64,000 bases of DNA from Xylographa opegraphella. Taxonomy: Eukaryota. The position numbers were made by a program, and so were the translations under genes. The notes below the pieces were generated by a model that worked only from the letters and a program-made list of their open reading frames with translations, ran no database searches and was not told where the DNA came from. Of the stretch, positions 39,711 through 50,966 are shown piece by piece. The stretch spans positions 1-64,000 of the forward strand of contig JALDZX010000026.1 in the NCBI GenBank assembly GCA_022813865.1, read 5' to 3'. Position 1 is the first letter of the stretch; each line of letters starts with the position of its first letter.

Positions 39711-40536
39711 TGCTTCTACGAAATCCTATGTATTACCAGTGCGCGGGCATCATTCAAGTTAATAGACGTGGGCATCATCGGCGTTTTTGTATCAGGGGAC
39801 TTGTCCTTTTTAGCGCAGCATATAATCCAGAAACTCTGTACGCATAGCGCAGTCCTCTTTTGCGGTCTACTGCAGCTTGGGAGGAGGTTTGGACCTCGGT
39901 ATTGTATATAGCAGCGCTTCGGCGAACCATAAATTATAAAACGGATTCGAGTGGTGACTTTAGGACTTGTATAGACCAGTTGCTAGACATCTGCCTACAG
40001 TGAGTTCCACTAACTCATTGCGTGATTGAAGCGCCCCAGCGTTCCAGTGGAAACAGCCGCTTGCTGATATATGGGCCTTGCAATTTTGCCTTCGCCTCCT
40101 CCACGACCTCCTTCACAGGCTTCACTTTCAGCCTTGTCCCACATAGGTTCCGGCTCACATCCGAGTACGCCCCCTTCTGACCATTGCAGCACCTTCCGCC
40201 GTTTCTCATTCGCCGACGACTTCTTAGACGTCTTGTTCACTTATAGCGCCAACGTGGTAACCCCGTCCACCCTTTCTTGTTGCCATATACGCTAACGTCT
40301 GGATCGCGTTTGTTGGCTGTCCTTGATTGTTCCCGGGCTTGATAGACGTAATTCCTGTCCCATTCATTACCGTTGCAGGCCAATATCGGTGACGGGTAAT
40401 GTCACTGATTATAAAATCCAGTGTTCACATTAGCGAACGATGAGAAGAATGGCGGCGGCAGCGATTTTGTCAACAGAACGTGATAGAAGCGTATGCAGTT
40501 ATCAGTTGCCAGCGGTTGGGTAAAACGTTTGTTCTT

Positions 40537-41358
40537 TCATTCGATGTAACTGCGAAATTCCGACATGGCATCATTTTCCAGGAGAAACTCATCCTTCTCG
40601 TCCTCAGAATCATCTTCAATTTCTTGGTCGCTGCCGTCTTCGCCCAACGCTAGATGAGAGCCTTTGACTCTCAATTCATGTCCATGGATCGGAACTGACT
40701 TGTTGTCGAAGAAATGTCTCGAGACCACGGTGTCGTAAGCCACGGCAAATATCTCTTCGATGTCTACTGTACCGGCGGTGTACCTTCCCACCGAACGGCC
40801 CGTCGAGCCTTCCATTGCCACGTCTAATTCGGCCGGCAACCCTAGTGCTTCACCAATCGGGGCAGTAGCACGCACTTTCGCAGCACGGCTTTCTGACTTA
40901 TTCAGCTCGTATATAGTACTCGTAGTGGTTAAGAACCCGACCACCATATATATCTTGCGTACCTTATGCATCCGCATCAAGGCCCGAACCTCGGCGGCCA
41001 TCCTGGGATCACGCATAAGCTGATGAAAGCGCGAGGGAATCTGCGTCATCTGATATCTCTTGACATGCTCGCTTCGCATCGAGACCGAGTGCTCCTTGTC
41101 TTTCTGCCCACCGATACTAAAATATCTGGTCAACTGAGCGCGTATAGAACTGTTACTCGCGCCCTTTATGATGTCTTCGCGGCTTTTGTATACGATTGGT
41201 TCTTCAAGGATGTCTGGGACGATACTTTGAGGGCCGAAATGCTCTGGTGTGAAGGCGTAGTTGGGATCCAAAGGCTTCAGAACGATACGGCCCATGAAGC
41301 TGGGAACATGCTTCTCATGGACGGAATACGGAAGTACCAAAAACCGCTGCGGTCTCAT
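40537..41358 (-). CDS. Fungal gasdermin-like pore-forming protein (RCD-1/HET-Q1 family), 273 aa
   Basis: Intronless ORF of gasdermin size. Order of motifs: N-terminal FLVLP...MGRIV..PLDP; alternating beta-hairpin segments (YFSIGGQKDKEHSVSMRS; LDVAMEGSTGRSVGRYTAG); the family-typical IYMVVGFLTT and EEIFAVAY; LALG followed by a 34-aa acidic tail. It is adjacent to a protease gene. Recognised by pattern only, not by HMM. Confidence 0.8.
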   Translation of the reverse strand: MRPQRFLVLPYSVHEKHVPSFMGRIVLKPLDPNYAFTPEHFGPQSIVPDILEEPIVYKSREDIIKGASNSSIRAQLTRYFSIGGQKDKEHSVSMRSEHVKRYQMTQIPSRFHQLMRDPRMAAEVRALMRMHKVRKIYMVVGFLTTTSTIYELNKSESRAAKVRATAPIGEALGLPAELDVAMEGSTGRSVGRYTAGTVDIEEIFAVAYDTVVSRHFFDNKSVPIHGHELRVKGSHLALGEDGSDQEIEDDSEDEKDEFLLENDAMSEFRSYIE

Positions 41359-41865
41359 CAGCAGGACCTTGCGGCCATGGAAATGGTTCTCACGTCGTCC
41401 TTCATCCTTTGAAATGTATCAAACGCACTCTAAGCGGGGTCAACTTCGGAACTTCTGCTCTACCAAACTGCTCCAGGAAGTCTGCGACTGAAAGATCTTC
41501 TGTGAATATTCACTCAAATATTACAGTGACGCTCCCGCAAGATGAGGTATTTGTGGCATCCATCCTAGCTTGAACTTGATGCCGAGACCGAGCCTAGTTA
41601 CGAAGCGGAAGCTCCGCCACTCTTATCAGCCTCGCGCTAGGACGCCGACACACTCATGGTCCTGCGAATCATGGCTACAGTTTAGGCGCCCAAAGGTCTA
41701 AACTCGTCCCAACGCCTGGCTGCAGGACAGGCGGACATGTACGTGAGAATAATCATGTCTCAAGGGCAATCGCTAGGTCGAATGAAGGGAGTTTATGTTA
41801 TTAAACACTCCCCTTTGTTCAGCTTCGGTCTCTTGGTAGTGTAATCTTGTTTTTTAACTTCTCAG

Positions 41866-44800
41866 ATGAACATTATGCAGCAAATTACAGTATTCGAGCG
41901 CCAATACATACTAGAGCATGGCCGGGGCTCTTGGATAATTGATGTCAGTATCAATGGGGAGAGCTTTGAGCAGAACTTGAAACTCGAAGACCCCTTTACC
42001 CCCGAGGATGAGGCTGAGTGTCGTTGGTATCTGGAGTCATTCGCTCCGAAATCGCCTTTCGAATTGACCCGGGCTAAAAGAATTGCTGAAAAGCTCGACT
42101 TGTACGCAACTCAACTGGGGGACGGCATTCGACTGCTTGATCTAGTGTCTCGGTTTCCACGACTCGATCAACCTCAATATATTGAGCTGGAAGTGGTCGA
42201 AGGGTATCCTGATGCCAAGATCGATTCGCCAGATGCAAGTATACAGAGGCTTCACTGGGAGCTGCTCGAGAACTGTCTTCGCCATTCTGAAGGACCTTGG
42301 CCAATCTCTGTGACACGCAGTATCAGGAATGAGAACAAGACGTGTGGTATCAAGAAAGTAACGTCCTGGGCGGTAGAGAAAGCATCGGACGGTCCGAGAA
42401 ATAGCTTCAACATCCTGCTCGTGGTTGCAAGGAACCTGACGTTCGATGAGAGTGCCCACCAGGACGTAGATCCTGGTCTTACACTCAGAGCTCTTCTCGC
42501 AATCAAAAGACACCTGAAAGTATCCAACGCCCCATACGAATTGAATGTCGAAGTAGTACGACCAGGCACTTTCAATGCCCTCCAAGAGCACCTACAACGT
42601 GCGACCGAGGAGCATGGCCCTGGCTACTTCAACCTGGTACATTTCGACATGCATGGCATTATTGGTTCTCATAATGGGTAAGCCGTTATAGTTTGCTGCT
42701 GTTTGCGCTGCAGCTGATTTTATAGATCTTATCATGCTTGGCTTATGTTCGCAAATGCTTCATCTTGGAACAAAATGAAACCTGTTCGATCTGGCAGCAT
42801 CGGCAGATTGTTGAAGAAATACGATATCAGTATCGCTGTGCTCAATGCATGCGAAAGTGCAAGACCCAATAAAGGCATGCAAGCCAACCTGGCTCGGTCC
42901 TTCATCGAGGAAGGGGTCACAAATGTGCTCGCAATGGCATACAAAACCATGAGTTCTGCTGCGCCACTATTTTTAAGAGCGTTTTATCAAGCTCTCTTTC
43001 TAGAGCATGCTCCATTTTCACGTGCCGTCAGCCAGGCTCGAGTCTCCCTGCGAGATCATCCTAAACGTGCTGCTCGCTGCGGCATCGAAGTTGATCTACG
43101 GGATTGGTCAGTCCCAGTTGCGTATGTCGCGAACGGAGTAAACATTAGAATCATGTCAGCACTGAATACCCCGTTCGAAGCCATCGAGGCCATACCACAA
43201 GTTATGTCAGCTTCTTCCGAACGAGGAGTGGTTGGTCGTGATTACGAGAAACTCCGCTTTGAACGGCAGCTTCTTGAGACTAAATCTGTCTATCTTCATG
43301 GACCTGCTGGGTAAGTTTACAATCATATGTTGAAAACATTGGCTATAGGCTGATATCTTTAGCTCTGGTAAGACCCAGATGTTAATCGAGCTGTACAGAG
43401 AGTGGGAAGAAACTGGCTTTATGGATCATTGCTTCTACGTCGACTGTACAGCCCTTCCGAATTTCAACATTTTTATGGCCCTAGTAATAATCGATACTGA
43501 GCTGGATGAATCCGAAACGACGTGTAATTCTAAAGCGAAGATCACGCCCGAGAAGATCGCAGATCTCTCCGCCATACGTGAGCTACTTGACAGAATTCGC
43601 AACAAACGCGTGGTGCTAATTCTCGATGCAATGGACGAACATCATCCCATCAAGGTCAATTACTTTCCATTCTACAACGTAGAGAGCTTTGACGACAAGA
43701 AAGCGGCATGCAATCGGAGTACAGCAGATAGCTTTTTCGTTGCCTGCCGTACGTTACCAACCCTGTTTACTATCGTAGTCGGCCGCCAGGATCAGACGTG
43801 GTTGCAAACACAATTCCCAAACTTTCGGGCCTCAACTTTTGAGCTTGCGGGCTTGGATCTGCCATCAGCGATTGACTACTCGGAGATGATCTTGGAGAAG
43901 AGGTTGATTCCTCGTAGCCGTAATGGTACAGAAGCGGATGCATTAGTCCACATTATCAATCTGCTACAAAGACTTCCGCTTGCTCTGGAAATGTTTTTGT
44001 CAAGTCCTTTCAAGGAGGCAAGTCTTTACGATATCTACCAAGACCTTATTAATGGGAGAGGACTTGCTGCCACACTATCGAAGCGTCCTCGATACTACAT
44101 CAACGGGACTGCCCGGTTTCTACGAAGTCTGCCTAAAATATATGATGATAAACATCAGAAAATCTTCTATCTCTGTCTCGCATCATTCTGGCGACTGGGG
44201 CCATATGATGGGTTTACATTTTACTCTGAACCGGGATCCAAGGACCCATACACAGGCGTCGGCACCAGCTTTGCTTTGCGAAAATTAGATGCAGCTGGAG
44301 TCATCAAGGTTAGCGGGAAATGTGTATCATGGATTCACCCCCTGTGGACTCTTTATATACGTTTCAAACTACACGATTCTTCATACGTCGGAGGTCCTTT
44401 CGAGTGTATTGCTTGGCACGAGCTTTCTATACGGGCTCGATTCATGTATGATGTCTCCGATGGACTTCTCCAGGTTTTGAAACCAGTGGTTGAGCACGTA
44501 CATAGAAGTGGCTCAGATTTTACCACTGTGAAAGCTGTTATACGGGAGTCTTTTCCTAACTTCTTAACCTGTCTTCAGTTCTGTACATCCCGCTACCCAA
44601 CGATACCATTGAATTCTTGGCCAATCAATTTATTTCTTGTGTATCCCAATCATGCGCGGTTTGGCCTGAGTATATCTGAGCAGATATTGCTTGCGGAAGG
44701 CCTCGAGAAGCTCCTTGAACGTTTCATCGAACTCAATGGAGGCATGGCTGTTTCCCAAGAAAACGGCCTTCATCTCTTTGCCATAGTGTTGTGTGTTCTA

Positions 44801-46183
44801 CTCTGTTCTACATTTCACCGAAATGTTGACTTCAATCAAAAAAAGGCACAAAGGTTTACTAATCTAGGAATCCAGTTTCACGAAGCTTCGGTGTTAATGT
44901 ACGGGCAACCATCTCCGGAAATTCTTCCTCCGCTAGCCGGACTCTATACCTGGAAGGTAGTTGATCTCCTTCGCAGCGGCAACACTAAGGAAGCTGGTGA
45001 ATGGCGAGAAAAAGCACTGGGGCTAAAGCGCAAATTCACGGAAGCCTCTTGTGCAAACAAGGCGCTATTAGTCCAGGGAAGGGAGAATACATCAGAGTAC
45101 GCTCGTTTGATGGAATCTATGGATTTGCCATGGTCCCTGATGAAGATCTCCATGGAAGGGGACAAGGGCTGGCAGAGCTTCCATCAAATGAGCTTTCAGG
45201 ACGAGAACGAGCTATTCGTTTACTTATATAACCTCGACGATAGACGTGAAATGTCCGTTCATGTTGATGAAACCTCACCTTGCAACGATACCTTGGAGGT
45301 GCGCATTCGGAAGTGGTTTTATGATACTCGATCAAAACAAAGCGCAATCAATCACTTAGAAGAGGCTATCGACATAGGCGCATGGTCGCAAGCGATGAGG
45401 TTGCACTTGAGCCTCGGTAACGAGTCCACCAACCAAGGGGACCACATGCAAGCTCTCATGCACGCTGAGAGGGCTCTGAGCATTGGCAAGCAAAATTTGC
45501 CGCTGAGTGCAAGCGAGGTAAGGAGCTTTGGTCTGATGCAAGAGATCCTCGCAATATTTGGAGAGGATTCGACTTACAAACCCACATGGAAAGCTACGAT
45601 CGAATCCATACGGAGCCGCACCTCTCCTCTCATTAAACAGCTTGGAGAGGACGGACATTGGAGGCCATTGGCAAAAGCTTTCAGCTATGTGTTCGACCGC
45701 ACAGATTCGTCTGGCAAGGAGTTCGACAAAGCCATCGACCAGTGCCGGGCTCTTCTCGGGGATGAAGGGGCTGAGAATCTAAGAAGCAAGACGAAGCAAC
45801 TCTGGAAGTACGCAGATGAATTAGAAGCCGAAGAAGCGGCCGAACGCGTGGCGGAAGAGGCAGCTCGTGTTGAGGAAGAAGCACGTCAGCAACGCGAGGC
45901 AGAAAATGTACAGGTGCTACTACAGGAGCATATGGAAAAGGAGCTGCTACCAATGGTCAGAAGTGCGGGAAGAAATGACATTGCCGATGTGATGAAACGG
46001 TACATCGACATTTCACAGCGTCTCACGGAGGTCGACGATGCGGAGATAAAAGATCTACTTCTAAATGCGGCCAAGGTCTTTCCACCACATGTGGTATCTC
46101 TTTGGAGATTGACCTTATCAGCCAGTCGAGCAATTGCACTGTCTGTTGAGGCATTACAACTTCTTCCTGAGACCAAAGATTGA
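41866..46183 (+). CDS. NLR-like protein: CHAT (caspase-like) protease + STAND P-loop NTPase + helical/TPR-like C-terminus, 3 exons, ~1405 aa
   Basis: Predicted exons 41866-42677, 42726-43310 and 43363-46183. CHAT motifs: LHWELLE, NILLVVAR, VHFDMHG (catalytic His, 42637-42657), VLNACES (catalytic Cys, 42841-42858) and DWSVPV. NTPase motifs: VVGRD, Walker A GPAGSGKT (restored by splicing), Walker B VVLILDAMD and LPLALE. Confidence 0.88.
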
Positions 46184-46805
46184 GCACTTCCACAACTCAG
46201 ATCTATTCCCCCTCGAGGTCGCCGGGCAAGGTCGGTTTGCGGCAAGAAAGACAACTGCTGGCCGATCTCCGGACTCGGTCTTAATACGCAAACAGAAATT
46301 CCGCCCCAAGGAAGCCGTTCACCATTCGAGCGAGTCAGACATCGGGATTGTGCAGACACCCTCGGACAGGCTTCACTCGGTTTGTAGTTGTCCAATGAAT
46401 CAGCGTCGGCAAGCTCTTTACTTCAATCCTGTGCTTCGAGCCAGATGGGTGTCCATCTGGCGCTGGTGCCCAAGTTTTGAAGTATCATTACACGGTTGAT
46501 AACTGCAGAAAGTTGTTCCTGGGTTCTGATCAAATCAAGGAAGAGACAGTTTGTGTAGCATGGCTTCTATATTACTTTTGGCCGAAGGGTGGGGTTCGCA
46601 TGCGGGCGCCCTCCCCGCCTGAAAAAGGGCCAAGAGCGCCCCTCATCGACAACAAACTTCCATCCCGTCTTGCATCATCAGTTCCGATTGTATAATAACC
46701 TGTGCGATCTGTACATAACGCCCGTGTCCATACCTTTTGCTTATATAGTACATACATCATCGCTTGCCTTCTTATAACGTAGCTATATTTATAGCATTCT
46801 GAAGT

Positions 46806-48137
46806 ATGTCTTACGACGACTCTTACGACGGAGGCGGCCGCCGCCCGCAAGCATATGGCCAAGACGACGGCTACGGTGGCCAGCCGCAAGGCTACGGCGT
46901 CCAGCAAGGACAGCCGCAGTTCGGAGGAGACAGCTACTCGGGCTCCGGTGCTGGAAACCAAGGCTACGGGCAAGAGGAAGGACGACAACAGCACCGTCGG
47001 CGCGAAGAACAAGGACAATACGGGGGACAAGATGGAGATCGGTACGATCAAGGACGCCGCCAAGAGTACGGAGGAGAGGAGCATGAAGGACGCCGCCATC
47101 ATCGGGAAGAGGAGGGTGGGTACGGCGGCCAAGCCGCTTATGGACAACAGGGCGGAGGCCAATTCAACCCGCAAGGAGGCTCCGGCTATGGAGAAGAAAA
47201 CGAAGGTCGTCGACAGCATCGTCATCAGGAGGAGGGTGGTTACGGCATTCAAGGAGGATCGCAGTATAATACTGGCGGCGGCTATGGGATGAGCAACCAG
47301 TCTGGAGGTCCGAGCCAATACGGCGGAAACCAGGGCGGAGGCTATGGTGGAGGGGACAATCAGCACGATTTCTCCGGTGCTATGCAGCATGCTCAGCAGC
47401 ACGGCCAACAGTATGGCCACGATCCGGACGATAACGCTGTTTATACTCATGCCATCAACCACCTTCAGAATAACCAAGCATCGATTCAGAACTCTCCCCT
47501 GGATATGAACGAAGTCCAAAGCGCTCATCAGGCTATCTATTACGGTCAAGGCTCTGGTCAACCTCCTGATGCGCAGGCTATAGGTATGGGTGCAGCTGCA
47601 CAAGCTTTGCAGAAATTCCACGACAACCCCGGAAAAGGCGAGCAAGGAGGAGGCCTGATGCACACCATCAGCTCGTTAGCAGGTGGAATGGGTGGCGGCC
47701 AGAGCCAACAGAATATGTTAGTTGGGATGGCAATGGCAGAGGCGAAGCAGATGTTCAGTGGCAAAAACGGCGGAAATGTCGTACGTTACTCTTTGCATTC
47801 TGCCTGATTTAAGCGTTCTCCATGACTGGGTTGGGGAGAGTCATATGTCTGGTTTCCACTACTGTCAATACTCAGCTATCATCACTCTCGTAAGTCTTTA
47901 TTCCGCTGAGCTAACACTGCAATATAGGCTCCAGGAACCAGCGAGGAGAGTGCTGTCATGAAGGCCGGAGAGACTGCACTGAAGATGTATATGCAAACTC
48001 AAGGCGGCGGCTCTGGAGGTGGAGGTTCCGGACTCGGAGCCATAGCAGGCAAGCTGCTGGGCAGAGGCGGTGGAGGCGGCGGCGGGAGTAGTGGCGGTGG
48101 GGGACTGCTGGGCATGGCCGAAGGATTGATGCGGTAA
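46806..48137 (+). CDS. Gly/Gln/Tyr-rich low-complexity protein with conserved small helical C-terminal domain (fungal 'beta-flanking protein'-like)
   Basis: Exon 1 46806-47780 and exon 2 47928-48137. N-terminal GGYG/QGG repeats; C-terminal AHQAIY, GMGAAAQALQKF, LVGMAMAEAKQMF and KAGETALKMYM. Confidence 0.75.
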
Positions 48138-49012
48138 ATATTCGTACTCATGGGTAAGATCTTTCGTGCTGGGGACATGGTCCCGTTTTGCGCCGCTTAG
48201 TACTCAGCATACTTTACCACCTGGACGGAGAGTTTGAGGTTGATGAACTACAGTTCAAAAGTCGTGAATATTCATCTATTTGGCTTGTATCATCGTAAAG
48301 TACGACAGACGGAACAGAATCAGGCTCCGAAGTAATTCGCAAGGCCATGGCCGGTGTTCCGTACCTTTTGACAGACGAGGCAGATGAGGCAGTGGTCAAC
48401 AATCGCCATGAGTGAGTCTACTGCGTTAACCAGTGAGTGCATTAACCCCGTTCAGCGTTAGCGTGTACTCATACACTAGTGCTCGACGCCTTCTAATTTC
48501 CGACCTCCACAAGCCATTCCTCTTTATATATCTCAACCAAGCCGACTGGTCGCAGCATTCAATCGACGGCAGCCGTAACCCCCTTTGGCCGGAGAACCTG
48601 ACCATTGACCCTGCAGGAGTTCGGTCTGTGTTTCTGTGATAGGCTGAAAGAAAGCAGGAAACCCGTTGGCGCTGCACAAAAAATGGTTATTGTTACCCCA
48701 GATCTGTGCCTCATCTGGGCTGACCCTTTTCGTGCTGGCTTCCCAAGCTCATTTCCCTGTCATATTGATAATGTAGTCGCCATCTTTAGCTGCGATGTTT
48801 TCCTCCCCCTTCCCTTGACAGCACCTTGATTGCTTCATTGCATATCTATGCGAATTTACTTGCTTTAGCATCGACATAACACCGCTTCACTCTTTCAGCG
48901 GGCACTCATTTGAGCGATATCTACATACATAATCGATAATAATTCCAGTATTCGATCAATAGTCGTCAACTATACCCTACATACCATAATATTACTGACT
49001 CAAGAATATTTA

Positions 49013-50324
49013 ATGATGAGGGCAGCGCTGTGTACGGTTGCTGCTTCGATACTGTCTGGATCGTTCGCTGCGGGAGCTACATACGAACATCGCCATGCTC
49101 AAGAAGCATTCTATTCCTTAATCAAAGGCTGTGAGACCCCCGCAAGAGAAAATGCGACGTGTGGATGTACGCCCATATCTTCAAAATGCTGTGGAGAAGA
49201 GCAATGTACGTCGGACCCTGCGTTTAACCCAGGAACGACAACCACCTTAGCGATCTGAACATGGTCGCTATTGATATCGATAGTATTGACTTCTTCCTAC
49301 AGTGTTGCAACCACCCCCGATTACAACATCAGCTCTGAGTTCTCAATTGACAGTTTCCACCGCATCAATATCTATCAGTACATCTGCGCCTACTTCTCCA
49401 CCTCTAATTTCTCCATCAATCGTCCTTCCACCCTTTATATCCAGTGTATCCTCCGAAGTGACCTCATCCGGACTTTTCTCTTCGCCCTCATTCAGCTTAT
49501 CTTTCTCCAACGCTCCCACTGAGATCAATTCACTCTCGCGATGGTGCATAACCTATTCACCATACACCGCTACCGGCTCCTGTATGACGTCCTCCGATAT
49601 CGTCTCTGATATAGCCTCCATTGCTGCAAAAGGCTTCTCTTCTGTCCGCCTCTATTCTACCGACTGCAATGCCCTCTCTGCTGTCATCTCGGCAGCCGCA
49701 ACCCACGGCTTGAAGCTCGTCCTAGGAATCTATATCTCTGACGCTGGTATATCTGGCGTGGAAGATCAGGTCTCGGACATCACGAGTCATTTCGAGGGAG
49801 ATTACTCGATGGTCGAGATGGTGGTTGTGGGCAACGAGGCTATTTTCAACAACTACTGCTCCGGCGCGGAGCTTGCAGCTTACATTTCGTCAGCGAAAGC
49901 CACTCTACAAACCGCAGGCTACACGGGCCCCGTAACGACCACCGAGCCTATATCCATACTGCAGGCCAATACCGCGGAGTTGTGCGACGTTCTCGACGTT
50001 GTGGGCGCGAATATCCATGCATTTTTCAACAGCGATATCACGGCTTCCCAAGCTGGCGCTTTTGTCTCATCTTCTCTACTGGAGCTAGCTAATTTCTGCC
50101 CCGGGGACAAACAGGTCTATAACTTTGAGACTGGGTGGCCGAGTGCCGGGGATGCGAACGGACAAGCGGTGCCAGGAGCCCGGGAGCAGCAGGTAGCAAT
50201 CGCGGCAATCTTGGCGGAAGCCGGGGCCAGGAGCGCAATCGTCAGCTTTGCCGACGAGTTATGGAAGGCGGAGGGAGATTTGGGGATAGAGCAGAGTTGG
50301 GGGTGTGGGCACCTGTTCGAATAG
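49013..50324 (+). CDS. GH17 beta-1,3-glucanase/transglucosylase (BtgE/Scw11-like), 2 exons
   Basis: Signal peptide; intron 49206-49302; Ser/Pro-rich linker; ITYSPY, VRLYSTDC, VVVGNEA, NIHAFF and ETGWPS (GH17 catalytic glutamates). Confidence 0.88.
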
Positions 50325-50966
50325 GAGCCTGTATGGAAGGGGGAAGATTGGAAAAGGATGGAGAACGGGAGAACGGACGGAAATGATGATTATGAACAGG
50401 GAGCGGCTTGGTACTTGTCGTTTGGCTCAACGCCTTTGTGCTTGAAGACGAGGCACCTTTTTAAATCAAGGAGTCGTTATGGATCACACTAGCTGCGAGA
50501 AAATAGCTTGATCGTACCGAGTTGAGAATTCTATCACGATTCTAGATATCAGGATTCGTGGAGCAAGGGGCACAGTGTGAAACCGAAATGGAAATTACAA
50601 TATACAAGCTGAGCGGGAGAGAGTGTATTAATTGCATGACTTGTCGTTGACCTAGGATATGCTTGAATGCTGTTGACGTCCGGCATACAGTTCATGTCAC
50701 GGATGGATAACGTCAGTCTACTCGTTATCATTCGAGGTTTGCATCGTGGAATATTGCAAGATTCTGTATAATATTCAGTGCAGCTGAAGCGTTTCAAACC
50801 TACTTGACGTCCTTATTATTATGCCATTGACGGCCCATCTGAGCTCGTTCGATCGCTTTCATATCCTACGCAATCATTGCATAATTGTGGTAACAATACC
50901 CCCGACTCCGTGAATAATTCTAAGACCAACGAACATTTATCCAAGTATATAAATCATTCATATATG

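Noticed and set aside
46572..47663. 363-aa minus-strand hydrophobic ORF
   Set aside because: Antisense shadow of the Gly/Gln-rich plus-strand gene; its biased codons keep the opposite frame open.
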